Shown here: piece after piece, positions 40,927-52,720 of the stretch
How positions within the stretch are numbered: position 1 is the stretch's first letter
How the letters are laid out: every line of letters starts with the position of its first letter
NCBI GenBank assembly: GCA_035573915.1
Contig: DATLZQ010000004.1
Coordinates: 6,387 to 70,386 of the forward strand
Length of the DNA: 64,000 nt
Direction of reading: 5' to 3'
Origin: Actinomycetota bacterium
GTDB lineage: Bacteria; Actinomycetota; UBA4738
The notes under the pieces: model-generated
What the model was told of the DNA's origin: nothing
What the model saw: the letters and a program-made list of their open reading frames with translations, nothing else
The model's database searches: none
Translations under genes and position numbers: made by a program

Positions 40927-42645
40927 ATGTCTCGGGTGGCCCAGGAAGCCCGAAGCGGCGTGGGTAGAATAGGCGCCGCTTTGCCTGGACTCCCCGGGTT
41001 CCGACGCTGGGCCTCGTTCGGCGTCGCCGCGCTGGCCGCGGCGCTGTTGGCCGTCTCCTGCGCTCCGGTCGAGGACCAGCCCGACGTGCCGGTCACCGTG
41101 CGGACGGAGTTCGTGGCCTACGTCCCCGACTCCGCCTTCGACGCGGGTCGCAGCGCCTCCGTGGCGCTCGACGCCGAGGGCAACCCCTCCGTGGCCTACC
41201 TCCTGTACCAGCCGGTCCTGCGGGAAGGCGAGATCCCGCCGGCCGTGGTGGCCGGGGAGCCCCAGCCCCCGGCCGTGATGCTGGCCACCTTCCGCCAGGA
41301 CGTGTGGAGCCGGACCTCGGTGACCCCCCAGGGCGGGGTGGGGGAGGAGGCCAGGGGGCTCGCTCCGGAGATCGCCAACCGCGAGGGACAGGCCATCCCG
41401 GGGGTCACGGCCGCCGTGGCCGTGGACGGGCAGGGCAACCACCACGTGGTGTGGAGCACCCCACGGGGCCTCTTCTACGCCACGGACGGGGGCGGCCAGG
41501 GCTTCGGAGAGCCGCAGGAGCTGACCTCCCAGGCCTCCCTGGGGGCCTCCGTCGCGGTGGGGCCGGACGGGCCGCTTGTGGCCTACTACGTGGCCAACGA
41601 GGTCCGCCTGTCGACCAGGCGGGGGGACTCCTGGGCCACGGAGACGGTGGCCAGGCTGGGCCGGCGGGCCGAGGACCCGGCCCTGGCCACGGCCGTGGGG
41701 GTGAGCGGCGGGGAGCCCGTGGTGGCCTACGGCGAAGACGGGTCCACCCGGGTGGCCCGCCGCGCCGGCGGGGCCTGGGCCTCCGAGGCGGTCCCGGGAC
41801 CGGGCGGGTTCGCCCTCTCCATGGCCGTGGACGCCGACGGGAACCCCCACCTGGCCTACCTGGACGCGGAGGGCGGGGTCCACCAGGCCCACTCCGTGGG
41901 GGGCGGGCCCTGGGAGGTGGCGGACCTCGGGACCACGGGCCGCCCGCTCTCGGAGGCCCGGGAGGTCCCGGTAGGGACCAGCGTGGCCGTGGACGGCGAG
42001 GGCCGCCACTACGTGGCCTGGGGCCGCCTGGACGCGCCCTCCGTGGAGGTGGTCACCGACGCGGGGGGAAGCTACCAGCCCCTGACCCTGGGGACGCCGG
42101 TGGAGGGGGGCGCCGACCCCAGCCTGGCCGTCTCTCAGGACGGGACCCGGCTGGTCGTGGCCTGGTACGACACCCGCAACGGGGACCTGGTGGTGGCGAC
42201 CCCGGCCGGGGAGGAGCTGGTGCTGGCCTTCTCCCCCGGGCCGCGGGAGGTCCCCACGGCGGGACCCCCGCCGGCGGAGTGCGAGCCGGAGCCCGGGGTG
42301 ACGGAGCTCACGATCACCGCGCCGGCCGGGGCGTCGGTGAGCGGGTTCGACACGAAGTGCCTGGCGGTGGAGGCCGGCCAGCCGTTCACCGTGACGTTCC
42401 GAAACGACGACGCCGGGGTCCCTCACAACTGGGCCCTGTACGAGAGCCAGGACGCAGCCCAGGCCAACCAGCCCTCCATTGGGGGAGCCCCCTCGGCCGC
42501 GGAGACCATCACCGGTCCCGCGGAGACCACCTACGAGGTCGAGGCCCTGGAGCCAGGACAGTACTTCTACCGGTGCGACGTCCACCCGGTCACCATGACC
42601 GGGACCCTGGTCGTGGCGGAGGCCGGCGGCGGGGGAGGAGGCTGA
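40927..42645 (+). CDS. secreted/lipoprotein with about 7 internal repeats (beta-propeller-like) and a C-terminal cupredoxin domain
   Basis: Lipobox LLAVSC. Seven spaced repeats of type S-[VL]-A-V-D-x-x-G-x-P-x-[VL]-A-[YW]. The C-terminus has a type-1 copper pattern (PHNW ... YFYRCDVHPVTMTG). An alternative TTG start at 40981 follows TAGAAT (40965-40970). Confidence 0.65.
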   Translation: MSRVAQEARSGVGRIGAALPGLPGFRRWASFGVAALAAALLAVSCAPVEDQPDVPVTVRTEFVAYVPDSAFDAGRSASVALDAEGNPSVAYLLYQPVLREGEIPPAVVAGEPQPPAVMLATFRQDVWSRTSVTPQGGVGEEARGLAPEIANREGQAIPGVTAAVAVDGQGNHHVVWSTPRGLFYATDGGGQGFGEPQELTSQASLGASVAVGPDGPLVAYYVANEVRLSTRRGDSWATETVARLGRRAEDPALATAVGVSGGEPVVAYGEDGSTRVARRAGGAWASEAVPGPGGFALSMAVDADGNPHLAYLDAEGGVHQAHSVGGGPWEVADLGTTGRPLSEAREVPVGTSVAVDGEGRHYVAWGRLDAPSVEVVTDAGGSYQPLTLGTPVEGGADPSLAVSQDGTRLVVAWYDTRNGDLVVATPAGEELVLAFSPGPREVPTAGPPPAECEPEPGVTELTITAPAGASVSGFDTKCLAVEAGQPFTVTFRNDDAGVPHNWALYESQDAAQANQPSIGGAPSAAETITGPAETTYEVEALEPGQYFYRCDVHPVTMTGTLVVAEAGGGGGG

Positions 42646-42731
42646 GGCCACCCCCGGCCCGGGCCGAGGTCTCGACCCGGTCCGTTCGCCCCGCCCCAGG
42701 AGCGCCTTCGGCCCGGCCCTACAATGGCCCC

Positions 42732-44723
42732 GTGACCCTGGCGCGCCCCGAGACTACCTCCATCCCTGACTCCCCCGGCGCCTACCTGTTCCGGGACCCC
42801 GACGGCCGGGTCATCTACGTGGGCAAGGCCCGGTCACTGCGCAAGCGCCTGGCGTCGTACTGGGGGAAGCCCCAGCACCCCCGGACCGAGGCCATGCTGT
42901 CCCAGGCCGCCTCCGTGGAGTGGATCGTGGCCTCCACCGAGGTGGACGCCCTCATGCTCGAGTACAACCTGATCAAGGCGCACCGCCCCCGGTTCAACGT
43001 CCGCTACCGCGACGACAAGTCCTACCCGTACCTGGCCATCACGGTGGGGGAGCGGTGGCCCCGGGCCCGGGTCCTCCGGGGCCCGAAGCGCAAGGGCGTC
43101 CGCCACTTCGGGCCCTACGGCCACGCCTACGCCATCCGGGAGACCCTGGACGCCCTGACCCGGGTCTTCCCCGTCCGGACCTGCTCCAACGCCTTCTTCG
43201 ACCAGCGGGCGCGGGCCGGTCGCCCCTGCCTCTACTACGACATCGGCCGCTGCGCGGGGCCCTGCGTGCCCTCCGTGACCGGGGTGACGGAGGAGGGGTA
43301 CCGGCAGCTCGTGGAGGCCATGGCCAGCTTCCTGGCCGGTGATCACCGCCCGGTCCTCCGCCGGCTGGAGGAGGAGATGCGCCGGGCGGCCGAGGCCCTG
43401 GAGTTCGAGAAGGCCGCCAAGCTCCGGGACCAGCTGGCGGCGGCCCGCAAGGCCCTGGAGAGCCAGGAGATGGTCCTCTCCTCGGGGGAGGACCTGGACG
43501 TGGTGGGGGTGGAGGAGGACGATCTGGAGGCGGCCTTCCAGGTGTTCTTCGTCCGGCGGGGCCGGGTCATGGGCCGCCGGGGTTGGGTCGTGGACAAGGT
43601 GGAGGACATCGACCGCCCCCGGCTCCTGGCCTCGTTCCTCCGGGAGCTCTACATGGAGCGGGAGGAGGTGCCCCCCCAGGTCCTGGTCCCCGCCGAGCCG
43701 GAGGAGCGCCCCGTCCTCGAGCAGTGGCTGGCGGTTCGGCGGGGAGGCCCGGTCCGCATCGCCGTCCCGGTCCGAGGGGAGCGGCGGCGGCTCCTCCAGG
43801 TGGTCACCCAGAACGCCGGGGAGGCCTTCGCCCGCCACAAGCTCCGCCGGGCCACGGACTTCGCCGCCCGCCAGCGGGCCCTGGAGCAGCTGGCGGCGGT
43901 CCTGGGCCTGCGGGAGGCCCCCCTCCGCATCGAGGCCTACGACATCTCGAACCTGGGGCCCACGGACAAGGTGGGCTCCATGGTGGTGTTCGAGGACGGC
44001 CTGCCCAAGCGGAGCGACTACCGGCGGTTCGAGGTCAAGGGCGTGCCCGGGCAGGACGACTTCGCCTCGATGGAGGAGGTCCTGCGGCGGCGGTTGGCCC
44101 GGGTGCGGGCGGAGCGAGGCGGGGCGAGCGAGGGGGGCGACGGGCAGCCCGAGGACGGCAGGCGGCGGTTCGCCTACCCGCCTGGCCTCATCCTGGTGGA
44201 CGGGGGGCGGGGCCAGCTCTCGGTGGCCGAACGGGTCCTGGCCGAGTTCGGCCTGGACATCCCGGCCGTGGGGCTGGCCAAGCGCCTGGAGGAGGTCTAC
44301 GTCCCGGGGCAGCCGGAGCCCCTGGTCATCCCCAGAGGGTCCGAGGCCCTGTTCCTGCTCCAGCACGTCCGGGACGAGGCCCACCGGTTCGCCGTGAGCT
44401 ACCACCGGACCAAGCGGGCCCGGCGAGCCCTGCGCTCGGAGCTGGACGATATCCCCGGGGTGGGCGAGGTCCGCAAGCGGGCCCTGATCCGCCACTTCGG
44501 GTCGCTGGCCCGGGTCCGGTCGGCCACCGTGGAGGAGCTGGCGTCGGCCCCGGGGGTGGGCCCGGCCCTGGCCGGCGTGATCCACGCCCACCTCCACGGC
44601 GGGGGCGGGGCCCGGGACGAGGCGGGGGTCCGGCCCTCCGAACGGCCCGGCCGGCAGGGGCCACCCGACCCCCCTCCCTCGCACCAGGAGAGTTCGGCGC
44701 GCCCGCGCCTGAGGGCGGGTTAG
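42732..44723 (+). CDS. uvrC: excinuclease ABC subunit C
   Basis: GIY-YIG N-terminus PGAYLFRDPDGRVIYVGKARSLRKR, UVR domain (ALEFEKAAKLRDQ), C-terminal HhH (IPGVGEVRKRALIRHFGS). GTG at 42732 is preceded by TACAAT plus 6 nt. The upstream 476 codons of ORF 41304..44723 overlap the previous gene out of frame. Confidence 0.95.
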   Translation: MTLARPETTSIPDSPGAYLFRDPDGRVIYVGKARSLRKRLASYWGKPQHPRTEAMLSQAASVEWIVASTEVDALMLEYNLIKAHRPRFNVRYRDDKSYPYLAITVGERWPRARVLRGPKRKGVRHFGPYGHAYAIRETLDALTRVFPVRTCSNAFFDQRARAGRPCLYYDIGRCAGPCVPSVTGVTEEGYRQLVEAMASFLAGDHRPVLRRLEEEMRRAAEALEFEKAAKLRDQLAAARKALESQEMVLSSGEDLDVVGVEEDDLEAAFQVFFVRRGRVMGRRGWVVDKVEDIDRPRLLASFLRELYMEREEVPPQVLVPAEPEERPVLEQWLAVRRGGPVRIAVPVRGERRRLLQVVTQNAGEAFARHKLRRATDFAARQRALEQLAAVLGLREAPLRIEAYDISNLGPTDKVGSMVVFEDGLPKRSDYRRFEVKGVPGQDDFASMEEVLRRRLARVRAERGGASEGGDGQPEDGRRRFAYPPGLILVDGGRGQLSVAERVLAEFGLDIPAVGLAKRLEEVYVPGQPEPLVIPRGSEALFLLQHVRDEAHRFAVSYHRTKRARRALRSELDDIPGVGEVRKRALIRHFGSLARVRSATVEELASAPGVGPALAGVIHAHLHGGGGARDEAGVRPSERPGRQGPPDPPPSHQESSARPRLRAG

Positions 44724-46751
<2,028 letters not shown>

Positions 46752-46755
46752 GGCC

Positions 46756-47949
46756 GTGGGACGGCGGCTGCGGACCATCGAGACCCTGGGGGACCTGGAC
46801 GGGAGGCGGGTCCTGGTCCGCTGCGACCTCAACGTCCCCCTCCGGGACGGCAAGGTGGCGGACGACCTCCGGATCCGGGCCAGCCTCCCCACGCTCCGGG
46901 AGCTGCTGGAGCAGGGGGCCCGACCCGTGGTCTGCTCCCACCTGGGTCGCCCCAAGGGGAGGGTCGTAGAGGAGCTGCGGCTGGACCCGGTGGCCGCCTC
47001 CCTTGAGCGGGAGCTCGGGGCGCGGGTGCGGAAGCTCGACCAGGTGGTGGGCCCGGAGGTGGAGCGGGCCGCGGCCGAGGCTCCCGCCGGGTCCGTGGTG
47101 CTCCTCGAGAACCTCCGGTTCCACCCCGGGGAGGAGGCCAACGACCCGGCCTTCGCCCGCCAGCTGGCGGCCCTGGCCCAGGCCTACGTGGGGGACGCCT
47201 TCGGGGCGGCTCACCGGGCCCACGCATCGGTGGCCGCCGTGCCCAGGCTGCTGCCGTCCGCGGCGGGGCGCCTCCTCCAGCGGGAGGTGGAGGTCCTCTC
47301 CCGGCTCCTGGAGGGGGCGGAGCGCCCCTTCGTGGCCATCCTGGGCGGGGCCAAGGTCTCGGACAAGCTGGGGGTCGTCCGGAACCTGGCCCTGCGGGTG
47401 GACGCCCTCCTCATCGGGGGGGCCATGGCCTTCACCTTCCTCGCCGCCAGGGGAGCCGAGGTGGGACGGTCGTTGGTCGAGAGGGACCGGCTGGAGGAGG
47501 TCCGGGAGGCGGTGGCCTTCGCGGAGGGGCGGGGGGTCCTGGTCCAGCTCCCCGAGGACGTGGTGGTGGCCCCGGAGCCCTCCCTGGAGGTGCCCCGGGA
47601 GACCGTCCGGGCCTCCGCCATCCCCCGGGACCGGATGGGCCTGGACGTCGGGCCCCGCACGGTCGAGGAGTTCGCCCGGACCATCGCCGACGCCGCCACC
47701 GTGCTGTGGAACGGGCCCATGGGGGTGTTCGAGCTGGAGCCCTTCTCGGCGGGCACGAGGGGGGTGGCCCACGCCGTGGCCGGGGCCCGGGGCTACACCG
47801 TGGTGGGCGGAGGGGATACCCTGGCCGCGCTGGCCCGGTTCGGCCTTTTGGACTCCGTGGACCACGCCTCCACCGGCGGGGGAGCGTCCCTGGAGTTCCT
47901 GGAGGGCCGGGAGCTGCCGGGGGTGGCCGCCCTCCAGGAGGAGGGCTGA
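46756..47949 (+). CDS. pgk: phosphoglycerate kinase
   Basis: RVLVRCDLNVPL, LLENLRFHPGEE, ILGGAKVSDK, GGGDT and STGGGASLE motifs. Confidence 0.95.
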   Translation: MGRRLRTIETLGDLDGRRVLVRCDLNVPLRDGKVADDLRIRASLPTLRELLEQGARPVVCSHLGRPKGRVVEELRLDPVAASLERELGARVRKLDQVVGPEVERAAAEAPAGSVVLLENLRFHPGEEANDPAFARQLAALAQAYVGDAFGAAHRAHASVAAVPRLLPSAAGRLLQREVEVLSRLLEGAERPFVAILGGAKVSDKLGVVRNLALRVDALLIGGAMAFTFLAARGAEVGRSLVERDRLEEVREAVAFAEGRGVLVQLPEDVVVAPEPSLEVPRETVRASAIPRDRMGLDVGPRTVEEFARTIADAATVLWNGPMGVFELEPFSAGTRGVAHAVAGARGYTVVGGGDTLAALARFGLLDSVDHASTGGGASLEFLEGRELPGVAALQEEG

Positions 47950-47994
47950 GCCGTGGGGTCGCCCAGAGCCTGGATGGGGTTGCTGGAGGCCTGA

Positions 47995-48765
47995 GTGGAG
48001 CGTCGGCCGATCATCGCCGCCAACTGGAAGATGCACAAGACCCACCTGGAGGCCATCCAGGCCGTCCAGAAGCTTTCCTACCTGCTGGACCGGAAGGACG
48101 CCGAGCGGGTGGAGGTGGTGATCTGCCCGCCGTTCACCGCCCTCCGGAGCGTGCAGGTCCTCCTCCAGGGGGACCGGCTGCCCTACGCCCTGGGGGCCCA
48201 GGACGTCCACTGGGAGGACCAGGGGCCCTACACGGGGGAGGTGTCTGCGCCCATGCTGGCCGCCCTGAGCTGCCGGTACGTGATCGTGGGCCACTCCGAG
48301 CGGCGGCGGGGCTTCGGGGAGACCGACGAGGTGGTGGCCAGGAAGCTCCGGGCCGTCCTCCGGGCGGGGATGGCCCCCATCCTGTGCGTGGGGGAGACGC
48401 TGGAGGAGCGGGAGGCCGGGCGGACCGAGGAGCGGGTGGTCGCCCAGGTCCAGGCGGCCCTGCGGGGCCTCCCCGCCGAGCAGGCGGCCTCCGTGGTGGT
48501 GGCCTACGAGCCCGTGTGGGCCATCGGGACGGGCCGCACCGCCCACCCCGCGGACGCCGGAGAGGTGGCGGGGCTCATCCGCAAGACCGTGGCCCAGCTG
48601 CACACCGAGGACGCGGCCGGGTCGCTCCGGGTCCAGTACGGGGGCAGCGTGACCCCCGGCAATATCCGGGACTTCATGGCCCATCCCGAGGTGGACGGGG
48701 CGCTGGTGGGGGGGGCCAGCCTGGACCCGGAGGAGTTCGCCCTCATCGTCCGCTACCAGGGGTGA
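47995..48765 (+). CDS. tpiA: triosephosphate isomerase
   Basis: IIAANWKMHK, VIVGHSERR, VVAYEPVWAIGTG, QYGGSV motifs. Confidence 0.95.
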   Translation: MERRPIIAANWKMHKTHLEAIQAVQKLSYLLDRKDAERVEVVICPPFTALRSVQVLLQGDRLPYALGAQDVHWEDQGPYTGEVSAPMLAALSCRYVIVGHSERRRGFGETDEVVARKLRAVLRAGMAPILCVGETLEEREAGRTEERVVAQVQAALRGLPAEQAASVVVAYEPVWAIGTGRTAHPADAGEVAGLIRKTVAQLHTEDAAGSLRVQYGGSVTPGNIRDFMAHPEVDGALVGGASLDPEEFALIVRYQG

Positions 48766-48897
48766 CGGGCAATCTCCGGCCGCCCCCGAGGCCGTATAGA
48801 GGAACGGAGTGAGTGGGTCGTCGTCGTTGCCGCCTCAAGCTTCGCTGGGTAGGCTGTGGCCGGCTCGTTTGGGGCGCGCGAGGAAGGAGGAGGGAGT

Positions 48898-50637
48898 ATG
48901 CAGGTACGCGTAGCGTTACGGACCCTGGCCCTGGGGGCCGTGGTGGGGATCGTGGCGGCCGCGTGTCGGGGGGCGCCCACGCCCACCCCGGGCCAGACCC
49001 CGACGGCTTCCCCCACGGAGACCATCCCGCAGGGCGGGGAGATCGTGGTGGCGGCCGAGCAGTGGCCGGAGTGCATCAACCCCATCGTGGGGACCTGCAC
49101 GGGGCTCACCTGGACCTGGTGGTCGGTCCTCCAGCAGGTCATGCCCGGGGCCATGGAGCTCGACGTGAACGGCAACTTCATCGCCTCGCCCCTGATCGAG
49201 GAGGCTCCGACCCTGGAGAACGGCGGCCTCACCCAGAATCCCTTCACGGTCCGGTACAAGATCCGCGACGAGGCCGTCTGGGAGGACGGGACCCCCATCA
49301 CCTGGGAGGACTTCGACTTCACCTGGCGGGCCATCCTCAACACCCGGGGGACCTACACGACCGCCGGCTACGAGCAGATCGAGAAGATCGAGCCGGGCGA
49401 CACCCCGAAGGATGTGATCATCACGTTCAAGGAGGTCTACGTCGACTGGATGGACCTCTTCGGCGGGGTGTACCAGGGGCTGCTCAAGAAGGCCGCATTC
49501 ACCGACGTCCCTGGCTTCCCCGACAAGCCCAACCTGGCCAAGGTGATGCAGGACAACATCCCCTTCTCGGGGCGGCATTGGATCCTCGAGTCCTGGAGCA
49601 AGGACCAGGCGGTGTTCGTCCGTAACGAGAACTACTGGGGGCCCAAGGCCATCCTGGACAAGGTGACGTTCGTGCCGCGGACCGACCAGGCCACCGAGAT
49701 CCAGTCGCTGCTCAGCGGTGAGGTGGCCGTCATCTTCCCGCAGCCCTCCGACGTGAGCCTCATCGACCAGGTGGCGGTGAACCCCAACGTGAAGGCGGTG
49801 GGAGCCAACGGGGCCTACTACGACGGGCTGTGGTTCAACCTGGACAAGCCGCCCCTCAACGACCGCACGGTCCGTGAGGCCCTCATGTACGCCATCGACC
49901 GCCAGGCCGTCATCGACAACATCATCAAGCTCAACAACCCCACGGCGGAGGTCCTGAACTGCGGAGCCATCTCGTTCCCGCACATCGGCCCGTGGTGCAA
50001 GGAGAAGGTCTTCGAGCCGTTCCACTACGACCCGCAGCGGTCCATCCAGCTCCTGGAGAGCGCGGGCTACGACTGCTCCCAGGTACCCGACAAGCCGTGC
50101 ACCAAGGACGGCCAGCCCCTGACCATCCTCTACAGCGTGAACGCGGGGAACAGCCGCCGGGAGACCACCCAGCAGCTCCTCATCGAGAAGCTGCGGGCCG
50201 CCGGCTTCGGGGTGCGGATCAAGAACGTTGAGGCCGGGATCTACTTCGGGGAGTTCATCCCCAAGGCCCAGCACGGGATCGTGGACTACGCGCAGGGCGG
50301 CTCGGTGGACCCGGGCATCACCGGGACGTTCAGCTGCCAGGCCATCCCCACCGAGGAGAACGAGTGGTCCGGTGGCAACCTGGCCCGGTGGTGCAACCCG
50401 CGGGCCGACGAGCTCATGCGGGCCTCCGACCGGGCCCTGGACCCCGCCGAGCGGCTGGACCTTCTCACCCAGGTCTACCGGCTGCAGGCCGAGGACCGGG
50501 CCTTCCTGCCGCTGTACGTGCTGCCCAACGTGGTGGCCTGGCGCACGGACAAGGTGGCCGGGCCCGTGGACAAGTACGTGGCCAGCAACTACGGCGTGTT
50601 CTGGAACATGTGGGAGTGGCACCTGCCGGCCTCCTAG
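48898..50637 (+). CDS. peptide/nickel-type ABC transporter substrate-binding protein (family 5, OppA/DppA-like), probable lipoprotein
   Basis: Signal MQVRVALRTLALGAVVGIVAAAC, preceded by GGAGGAGGGAG. Size and internal motifs (WEDGTPIT..DF.F) are typical of SBP family 5. Confidence 0.85.
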   Translation: MQVRVALRTLALGAVVGIVAAACRGAPTPTPGQTPTASPTETIPQGGEIVVAAEQWPECINPIVGTCTGLTWTWWSVLQQVMPGAMELDVNGNFIASPLIEEAPTLENGGLTQNPFTVRYKIRDEAVWEDGTPITWEDFDFTWRAILNTRGTYTTAGYEQIEKIEPGDTPKDVIITFKEVYVDWMDLFGGVYQGLLKKAAFTDVPGFPDKPNLAKVMQDNIPFSGRHWILESWSKDQAVFVRNENYWGPKAILDKVTFVPRTDQATEIQSLLSGEVAVIFPQPSDVSLIDQVAVNPNVKAVGANGAYYDGLWFNLDKPPLNDRTVREALMYAIDRQAVIDNIIKLNNPTAEVLNCGAISFPHIGPWCKEKVFEPFHYDPQRSIQLLESAGYDCSQVPDKPCTKDGQPLTILYSVNAGNSRRETTQQLLIEKLRAAGFGVRIKNVEAGIYFGEFIPKAQHGIVDYAQGGSVDPGITGTFSCQAIPTEENEWSGGNLARWCNPRADELMRASDRALDPAERLDLLTQVYRLQAEDRAFLPLYVLPNVVAWRTDKVAGPVDKYVASNYGVFWNMWEWHLPAS

Positions 50638-50663
50638 CGACGGGCCGGAGGAGGGCAGAGACC

Positions 50664-50694
50664 GCGGAGGGGCCCCCTTACGGGGCCCCTCCGC
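50664..50694 (+). terminator. strong GC stem-loop after the SBP gene (attenuator or mRNA-stabilising hairpin)
   Basis: GCGGAGGGGCCCC (50664-50676), loop CTTAC, GGGGCCCCTCCGC (50682-50694). A perfect 13-bp stem with no clear T-tract. Confidence 0.5.
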
Positions 50695-50720
50695 TCCTAT
50701 ACCCCCTCCGCTCCTATACA
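50687..50720 (+). repeat. 17-bp tandem duplication (CCCTCCGCTCCTATACC / CCCTCCGCTCCTATACA)
   Basis: Read directly; 16 of 17 positions are identical. The second copy runs into TACAAT (50717-50722), a possible internal -10 box for the permease genes. Confidence 0.85.
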
Positions 50721-50767
50721 ATGCTCCATCGGGCACCCCGTAGGAGACGGAGGACAAGACAAGCAAC

Positions 50768-51745
50768 GTGTTCCGCTACATCGTGCGGCGGCTGCTGATC
50801 GGGATCCCCATCCTGGTGGTCTCCAGTGCCATCGTCTTCTTCGTGGTCCGGAACACCATCGACCCTCTGGCCGGGGCCCAGCTCAACCCCCGCGTCACCC
50901 AGGAAGACATCCTGCGGCTCCGGCAGGACCTGGGCCTGGACCAGCCCCAGTGGAAGCAGTACACGATCTGGCTGGCCAACTTCGTCCGGGGCGACTGGGG
51001 AGAGTCGCTCCTGGCCCAGCGCCCGGTCTTCCCCGAGATTCGGAGCGCGCTGGTCAACACCCTCTTCTTGGGGCTGGTGGCCATCCTCATCTCCCTGGCC
51101 ATCGGGGTGGGCATCGGCGTGTACTCGGCCGTGCGGCAGTACTCGTGGTTCGACCACGTCTCGACCGGGGCCGCCTTCCTGGGCCTGTCGATCCCGAATT
51201 TCTGGTTCGCCCTGCTCCTGCAGGTAGCGTTCGGGATCTACGTCACAAGGTGGCTGGGGCTCTCCGAGTCCATCTTCCCCGTGGCCGGGCGCAATACGCC
51301 CGGCACCACCGGGTTCCACCTCCTGGACATCCTCCGGCACATGGTCCTGCCGGGGACCGTCCTGGCCGTCCAGATCATCGCCGTGTACAGCCGGTATATG
51401 CGGGCCAGCATGCTGGAGGTCCTGCACAGCGACTACCTGCGGACGGCCAGGGCCAAAGGCCTGCGGGAGCGGCGGGTCATCTTCCGCCACGCCATGCGGA
51501 ACGCGCTCATTCCCCTGACCACCCAGGTGGCCCTGGACTTCGGAGCCATCGCGGGTGGCCTCATCATCACCGAGCAGGTCTTCGAGTGGCCCGGCATGGG
51601 ACGGCTGTTCGTGGACAGTATGTTCCGGGGGGACTACCTGATCGTCCTGCCGTGGGTGATGGTCACGGTGACCTTCGTGGTGGCCTTCAACCTGATCGCG
51701 GACATCCTGTACGCCGTCCTGGACCCGAGGATCCGCTATGCGTGA
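50768..51745 (+). CDS. peptide ABC transporter permease (DppB/OppB-like)
   Basis: MFRYIVRRLLIGIPILVVSS N-terminus and EAA-type loop (YLRTARAKGLRERRV) typical of OppB/DppB. Confidence 0.9.
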   Translation: MFRYIVRRLLIGIPILVVSSAIVFFVVRNTIDPLAGAQLNPRVTQEDILRLRQDLGLDQPQWKQYTIWLANFVRGDWGESLLAQRPVFPEIRSALVNTLFLGLVAILISLAIGVGIGVYSAVRQYSWFDHVSTGAAFLGLSIPNFWFALLLQVAFGIYVTRWLGLSESIFPVAGRNTPGTTGFHLLDILRHMVLPGTVLAVQIIAVYSRYMRASMLEVLHSDYLRTARAKGLRERRVIFRHAMRNALIPLTTQVALDFGAIAGGLIITEQVFEWPGMGRLFVDSMFRGDYLIVLPWVMVTVTFVVAFNLIADILYAVLDPRIRYA

Positions 51746-52709
51746 GAGCGAGATCGAACGGCTCCCGGCTGGCGCCCAGCCCACGCCGGCGCGCGTGGCC
51801 GCGGAAGTTCCGGAAGAGGTGGTGGCGGGGGCCGAGGTCATCCTCAGCACCCGGCAGCTCGCGTGGCGGCGGTTCAAGCGGCACCGGCTGGCCATCGCAA
51901 GCGCGGTCATCCTCCTGCTCCTGGCCCTGGCCTGCGTATTCGTGGACGCCATCAGCTCATACACCTTCAACCAGCAGGACCTGACCCGTCGCATGGAGGG
52001 GCCGGGACTGGACCACTACTTCGGGACGGACGTCCTGGGCCGGGACCAGTTCACCCGGGTCCTCTACGGGGGCCGGATCTCCCTGGCCGTGGGGCTGACC
52101 GTGGCCCTGTCGGCGGGCGTCATCGGGGGGGTGGCCGGGGCCGTGGCCGGCTACTACGGGGGCTGGATCGACAACGTGATCATGCGGGTCACGGACCTCT
52201 TCCTGGCCATCCCCTTCCTGGTGATCCTCATCATCGGGGCCAAGTGGGCTGAGCAGGCCCTGCCCGGGGGACCCCTGGTGGACATCGTGGTCATCTTGAG
52301 CCTCTTTTTCTGGATGCCGGACGCCCGGATCGTGCGGGGGATCTTCCTGTCGCTCAAGGAGAAGGAGTTCGTCGAGGCGGCCCGGGCCTCGGGAGCCTCC
52401 AACCTGAGGATCATCTTCTGGCACATGCTCCCGAACGCCTTCGGGCCGATCATCGTAAACGTGACGCTCCTCGTGGCGGCGGCCATCCTCACGGAGTCGG
52501 CCCTGTCCTTCCTGGGCTTCGGCATCCAACCCCCCACGCCCACCTGGGGGAACCTCCTCAACAGCAACCGGACGGTCATGCTGCTCGCCCCGCACCTGGT
52601 GTTCTTCCCGGGGCTGGCCATCCTGATCACGGTGCTGTGCGTCAACTTCCTGGGGGACGGGCTGCGGGACGCGCTCGACCCCCACCAGGAGCTCAAGTCC
52701 AGGGTGTGA
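51738..52709 (+). CDS. peptide ABC transporter permease (DppC/OppC-like)
   Basis: HYFGTDVLGRDQFTRVLYGGR and EFVEAARASGASNLRIIFWHMLPN motifs typical of OppC/DppC. Confidence 0.9.
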   Translation: MRESEIERLPAGAQPTPARVAAEVPEEVVAGAEVILSTRQLAWRRFKRHRLAIASAVILLLLALACVFVDAISSYTFNQQDLTRRMEGPGLDHYFGTDVLGRDQFTRVLYGGRISLAVGLTVALSAGVIGGVAGAVAGYYGGWIDNVIMRVTDLFLAIPFLVILIIGAKWAEQALPGGPLVDIVVILSLFFWMPDARIVRGIFLSLKEKEFVEAARASGASNLRIIFWHMLPNAFGPIIVNVTLLVAAAILTESALSFLGFGIQPPTPTWGNLLNSNRTVMLLAPHLVFFPGLAILITVLCVNFLGDGLRDALDPHQELKSRV

Positions 52710-52720
52710 GGGGGCCGAGG

